DNA of 64,000 nucleotides. Source: the human T2T-CHM13v2.0 reference genome, Homo sapiens. Where the stretch lies: the NCBI RefSeq assembly GCF_009914755.1, contig NC_060928.1; one strand, 5' to 3'. The number at the start of each line of letters is the position of its first letter. Within the stretch, counting starts at the first letter, position 1. Shown piece by piece: positions 57,321 to 64,000 of this stretch. A program made the position numbers and the translations under genes. Under the pieces are notes generated by a model. It did not search any database and was not told where the DNA came from. It saw only the letters and a program-made list of their open reading frames with translations.

Positions 57321-58189
57321 AAAGATAAATGTATTAAAAATAAAACAACAACCACTTTAGAAAAAATTGTCATTGGCATAGATAAAATGAACACCTCAGA
57401 TTTCAGTGTTTACTACACAATTATTAAATATAGCACTAATGATGTTTAAGATTTAGATAATAAAGGAAACACTAGACAGTTTAAGTTATCTCATATGATA
57501 TAACATATTAAACTTTGTAGAACATAAATTATTTAATATAAAAATATAGAGAGCTATGTTGTAGAACAAATCTATTGAATGGAATAATAGACTGAGATAA
57601 TAGAAGAGAACGCCAAGTGAAAAGAATTACTGTGCCTCATAGATCTAGTTTTTTTTAAACTGCTAGTTTGTCATACCAAAAAAAATGAAATAATTACTTG
57701 TTCTTTTTACATAGGTATACAGTAATACACGTCTAAAAAAGGTTTTTGCATCTTACATATGCACCTCTTTTCACAGGCAGATACAATCATACAGTATGTA
57801 ATACCAGAGAAAAATTCTCACCTTCTCCAGTCATCAACTGATGCCAGCTATCACATTCAAGAATAAGATATCAAACATTTAAACACTGTTTAATATTTCT
57901 CTCTCATTTCTCCTATGAAGTCAATATTATAATCTTTAGTAAGTTGTAGTAATTGACCTACTTGACCTAATTTGCAAAAGAACATGGAAAAAATGAACTA
58001 AAAAATCTCCTTGTCACTGTGGTTGTAGTTATGATAAGAAATAGTCCACAACATAATACTAATTGATTCAATTTACAATTTAAAATAAATAAAATAAATT
58101 TTGGCATCATTCAACTAACACAACCAACTTCCAGATCCCAGTAAGCAGGTGCTTTTGCAGTAATTTTAACATTTATTTAAAGAATGCGC

Positions 58190-58483
<294 letters not shown>

Positions 58484-59585
58484 TTAAAAAATGTTAATTG
58501 AATATCACATATAGCTAAGTCACACTTTGAGTAACAATTTTATATTTAGAAAAAAATGGATTATGTAAAACATGGCTTGATATTTAAATTTATCACAAAC
58601 AATGAAAGAACAAAATGTAATAATTTAATGAAATCACAAAAAATACTTTTGAACTTTTTAGTTGTTATAAGTACTGTAATAGAAGCTTAACACATTGTAG
58701 AACACAAGAATTGCTTACTTATGTTTTTCAGAGTCTATAAAAAATATTGCTAATAGCTATTTTCATTATTGTGATCAAATAATTAGGTGTTACTAATTTA
58801 AATTCAGAGTTCAAATTTCATTTTGTTGTAAACCTTTATGAGAATTATACTGCTTCACGTATTTAATTCTACAATAATATAATCTCCAGTTGCAGAACTT
58901 GGATAAATATTTTTTGAACAAATAAATATTTGCTGAATGAGTGCATCTACAACTATATCAAGAAATTAAGTTCAAAATCATGATTTCAAGGTTATATGCC
59001 ATTATGGCCATTACGTATAGTTTCAAATCAAAGTTGTATGTGGACGATCTACATGCTCACATGTAATACAGTAGATTTAGAGGAAACACATTTTTTTAGA
59101 AGACATTTGTTCAATATAACTTTCTGTGGGGTTTTACACAGCTGCCTTCTCTTTTCTACTATGGATCAATAGATGAGATTATATAGATGTATAGTTAAAA
59201 TATCAGCTAAATAAATTATTTAGTTTCTCACTTATGTAAATTAAAAGGGAATTGATTTCATTTACCCCCTGGAAAAAGGTAGACTTGAAATCCTCTCTAG
59301 CCACAGCTTGCAAGTCTAGGTCACTGTGTCTCTGTGATATGAATGTGGAACATGCCTGATCTGGCCATCCAACATACCCAACACTATATATAGGTTATAA
59401 TATCCAGTGCAGGCTAGCTAGTTGTTATTATTGTGCCTTAGACAAAATTTCCACACATGTATAGAAAAGCAATTCTTAGGCAGTTCTCCATACTTCATTA
59501 TGATAAAGAGAAAAACTCTTTCTACACTTATTTCTATCACTGCATTCAGAAAGGTTTTAAATGGAGAACCAGCTCATTTGAATTA

Positions 59586-59860
59586 AAATGTTTCCTAAAC
59601 TGCATTCTGCTAAACATTTTTCAAGAAGATGTTCCTAAGTATACTGGGTAAAATGTTTCCTGATCAAATAATTTGGAAAAACCTGAATGCCCATTAATAT
59701 ATTAAAAGTTTAGTATAATGCTGCAAGTAGAGAAATCTGTTTAATACCATTTAACTTGATATTTTCTAGACTCAACTTGAGTATAGAACCCTTTTGGCTT
59801 AACACATTTATTTTCTGTTTCAGATAATTTTTAGTAAAGTATCACTTTGGGAAATAGTGA
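59586..59860 (+). mobile_element. hAT-Charlie relic, MER103C-like
   Basis: Terminal inverted-repeat-like ends tgtttcctaaactg ... cactttgggaaatagtg; internal atcaaataa-tttggaaaa and agaaatctgtttaa. Confidence 0.5.
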
Positions 59861-62059
59861 GTATCAATTCAGCAACTTCAGTCCTCTAGTTATTCACAAC
59901 TGTAATGTTTGTCCTGTTTTGTAAAAGCATATGCACTTGATGGAATGTGTAGTTTGAGCAGGAGAGAGAAAGATAAAGACAGAAAGATATCTCATGATAG
60001 CATTGCCATTTCTATGTCTAACCATATTATGCCTTGTTACTCTTTTAGAAAAATAAAAATTAGCAAAATGCCACCTACATTCTCAAACTTCACCAAACCC
60101 ACACTTCAATTATTCATCTTTATCACCCCAACTAGGACCACAGAAGTAATTTCTTCAGTAGATTTACACAAAGTCTAACTATGAAATAATTCTAGTGTTA
60201 ATATCTTTGTGCATGTTATAATTGACCATCATGTCATATTTCAAATCAGTCAAAAAAATAAAAGCATAAACTATGTGTATTAAAAATAATCTTTTTATTA
60301 ACTGTCCTTTTTTAATAGTTGAGTAAACTGAGCTAAAGTTTGAAATAAATCACAAATTTAACTCAGTATGGACTCAAGTTGTCAGTATTATTTGCTCCTG
60401 TTACTGTTGCTGTTTTTATGATGTGGTTTTCATAATTTTATACCACCTGAATTCATTGAAAAAAATGGACATCTTTAAGTATATTGAAACACACTGACGA
60501 TACTTGGCTAATAATATGAAGAATCCCAACTATAAAATCCTGTAGTTTATTATTTTTCACAGCTATGTCATAAATCTTCCATCTGAAAATGTGGGGAGTC
60601 TTCATTTTAACATTTTATTGACTGCTTATATGATACTGTATCCTCATCCCCATTTCTTCTTTCAAAGGACAGCACAATACATGTAAGTGTCAGGAATGAA
60701 CTTCAATGTATGAATAATGCTACCAAGAAAATTACTGATGATTGGTTAGTCAGAAAGAACTTTCAATATCTGATGACATGACAGCTACCTTTAACCTTCC
60801 AGGATAATGGCATACTGATACCACTTTTGCAACAACATTAAGTTTCCTGATATTAGCCTTGAGATTATATATGTTATTTTGATCATAATAACCTTAATCT
60901 ATATATTTTAAGGATGTAAAAAATAAACGTTATAAGATGAGATAAATGCAGCATACAGCCACCACTATTAGTTACCTTTAAAAATTTCATTATTCAATCT
61001 GGCATCATAATAAAGCAAACAGCAAACTAGAGAAGTTTGTTTAATGAAGTGACTATATTTCAGGATTATACTCATGGTTATGTCTTTAACTGTGCAGATT
61101 GGAAGTATTTGTGAATAATCTTGAATTATTTGAATAATTTATAAGCACAGCAGAGCCTGTGTGATTCATTGGCTTATCGCACATTCGCATGTTATAATCA
61201 ACCAAAGTCCATGCATGCCCAATATACAAAACTCTCTTAAATTTTTTTTTCTAACAGCCTTGGCAGCTGTCCTGTCCTGATATATGTACTGTAGAGTAGA
61301 ACATATGAAGGATTAAGTTCGATGTTCATAAAGTATATGCACACCATTTCCATTATCTGTGTTCTAGATAAAATGCTAAGAAATAAGATGAATTGGAATA
61401 TATTTGCTCAAGGAGTTCACATTGATAAAATATGTCATCAAATATTTTTAATAACATTTGGAAGTGTTAAAATAACATAAATAAATTCCACATAGGAAAA
61501 GCAATGTAAACAGACAGTAAAGGTTGTCTTCCTCTTTTGTTTCTATACTTTCATATCTACAACATGCTTCTAAGCTAGAGCCAATGTTAGATGCAGCACA
61601 AGGACTTTCAGAACCAGGTCAGCAATCACAAGGGTGACTTTCTTAGGCTCTAAGGAAACAATGAGCTAATAGGATGTTATTAGTTTTTTGCCTACTCATA
61701 ATAACTGGATAGAGGCAGGAGTATAAGATTATTATACAGTCAAAGCATCATAGAGGAACAGAAGTATTTCTGTTATGGAAAAGAATGATGATAAATAAAG
61801 ACATACAATCAATAGGTGCAATAAAGTCCCAAATATACAAATAGTGGGATAAAATTCATATGTATTGTATGATCAGACTTTAGAAATATAGTGGACATTA
61901 TATGCTGTAACAACGCATTTTTCTCCAATTTTGGGGAATAAAATATTTCACATTGGTAACTATTTTTATAACTAAGTCAATTTTATATTTATGGAAATAC
62001 TTCCTCATCAGAATTCCTAAGAGACACTAATTGAGATGTGTCCCAGATAGTTTTTTGAT

Positions 62060-62361
62060 ACTTTTTTTTCTAAAGCTGCTCTCCTTAACTGTAGTGATGG
62101 CTGCCAACATCTACAGCAATGTGTTTAACGCATGATTCCATCCTCTTCCCCCTACCCAGCTAGAGCTGTTTGCATCAGTGATGCACAGGTGAACCAAGTG
62201 GAGCCCATTACAATATTTCATTGTGGAATTTGGAATATTTCCAGTCAATGTGAGCTAGTCACTTTAATATAGGAGGGCAAATTTGGAATTGCAGAAAGGG
62301 CATGTGCTAAGTGAAGCAAAGAAATCTGGTCTGCAGAGAAGAATGAAAAAATAACTGGTCA
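62060..62361 (+). mobile_element. Old MaLR (MLT1-like) LTR relic, split by MER50 and resuming at about 63112-63200
   Basis: caggtga-ccaag-tgg-gccca-t..a-atttc...tggaatttgg and tggtctgcagagaaga resemble MLT1; right piece ends ...tgactaaca. Confidence 0.4.
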
Positions 62362-62426
62362 GTTACTGTAGGTAGCTTGTCAGACATAAGCATAGCAGAA
62401 GAAGCCTCCCTCTACACACACACACA

Positions 62427-62465
<39 letters not shown>

Positions 62466-63111
62466 CAGGAATGTCAGGCAACCATCAGGTAATGGTCAGG
62501 TGGTTAGTAACTATCTCTCTAAAATAATCATTGGTCACAGCTAGTGCCAGGGAAAGCTAGTCTCTCCATGGAGAGAAAAGACGTGAAACTGGTGATCAGC
62601 AGCTTCCCTATGAGATCTCAAGAGTTGGGCGGGTGGGCTCAAGCATGTTCATTATGAGAAGTGATGGAGTTTAACTGGTATATGACCTTGGAGGGACATT
62701 CCACTGGCAAGGCAAGAATGCCTGAAGTCAGCATGAGCACAACTCCAGTAAATACACTGTGCATGAGGCCCCTCTCAAGTGGTAGCAGGCCAGTGCATGT
62801 GGACAGCCAACTTCAAGGGAAGCCTCAGGGGAGAAGGGATTCAAGACCCAGAAGTATGCCAACATATAAAATGCCAAGTCAAAGGTCATCAGTGCATTCT
62901 CTCAGTGATCTCTCAAGTTGCCTGCTTGGCCCTCTTCCACGTGTACTTTATTTCCTTTCATTCCTGCTCTAAAGCTTTTTAATAAATTTCCACTCCTGCT
63001 CTAACACTTGCCTCAGACTCTTCTTCTGCCTTAGGTTGCCTCAAATTATTTCTTCTAAGGAGGCAAGAATTGAGGTTGCTGCAGACCTGTACAGATTCGC
63101 CGCTGGTAACA
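62362..63111 (+). mobile_element. MER50 ERV1 solo LTR, containing a (CA)/(CT) microsatellite at 62414-62465
   Basis: ccaggaatgtcaggc-accatcaggt-atggtcagg, aaactggtgatcagcagcttccc, TATA-like catataaa, aataaa at 62981, terminus gattcgccgctggtaaca; 4-bp TSD gtca (62358-62361 / 63112-63115). Confidence 0.88.
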
Positions 63112-64000
63112 GTCAGAAGCAGGAACCAGAGAGAGAAAGCAACCCCTGCCTAGCTGAAGTCATTTTACATTAAATGAAACCAATTGACTTTTGACTAACA
63201 GAATAATAAATAATTAAATCAGCTTTATTTGTATGGATAACTCATAAGGTTAGAATATTTCCTGGAAACTGTCCCTGTAAGGATAATATTTTATCTTATT
63301 AATAATTTTTGGATGAAATACTTCCTCTATATCCTGACTGCTTAAGAGAAAAAGCGGAACAACACTTAAGTTGTTTTGAAGATCAATTTTATTATTGAGC
63401 ACATGCCCATCATTGTACCCCTGCTCTTGGTGAGGGTAAAGTGATGCATACAAAAAGGTTTTCAAAGAGTGTTGTCATAGATTTATGTAAGCCTATCATC
63501 AAAAAATCTACAAAATTACAATCCTTTAGTCTGCTTTTGATAAACATTCCCTTCCTTCACTGTGCATTTTCCCTTCTTGCTGTAATTAGTATGCATTCCT
63601 GTTTTGATTTGTGAAACTGAATTGTTCATATCAGTGAAAAACAATTAATTGTTTTAGGAAAGTTTATATACATAATACCAAGAAAAGTGCCAGAGTGACT
63701 TTTGGTAAAACCATTCAAGGGTTTATTAATAAATTATCTACATGCTTTATTTAACAAGTGAATATCTTTTCCATCTTTAAGTTTTAACTAAAATATAGTT
63801 CAAACATACCAAAGAGAATGATCAAAACATAATGAACTTATAAGTCTATCACAACCACTACCTATCATTTGGTAAGAATAAAAAAGCTTTTTAGTAACTT
63901 TCCACTCCTGCTGTAACATTTGCCTCAGACTCTCCTTGGCAACATCACACACTGAGTCCTCAATATGGGTCAGGTATTGTGCTGAACACTGCATCATACT

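Overview
AT-rich primate (almost certainly human) genomic DNA inside the EPHA5 receptor tyrosine kinase gene, which is transcribed on the - strand. The only real coding exon is the 664-bp internal exon at 33955-34618 (exon 3 by Eph-family gene structure), encoding most of the ephrin ligand-binding domain and the start of the cysteine-rich region. The rest is intron: the upstream intron lies at 34619-64000 and the downstream intron at 1-33954. The introns contain a full-length RPL6 processed pseudogene joined directly to an AluY, eight Alus, several L1 fragments, two ERV1-class solo LTRs (one interrupted by a poly(A)-tailed mRNA 3'-end retrocopy), MIR/L2/hAT/mariner relics and microsatellites. 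I see no evidence of a wholly new biological system. The best leads are the Alu-RPL6 composite sharing one target-site duplication, an inverted AluY pair bracketing exon 3 (circRNA hypothesis), an open intron read-through frame after exon 3, the retrocopy nested in an LTR, several templated-insertion or short-duplication scars, and a motif-dense candidate enhancer. Repeat family names come from recognising consensus sequences by eye, not from a RepeatMasker run, and boundaries of old elements are approximate.
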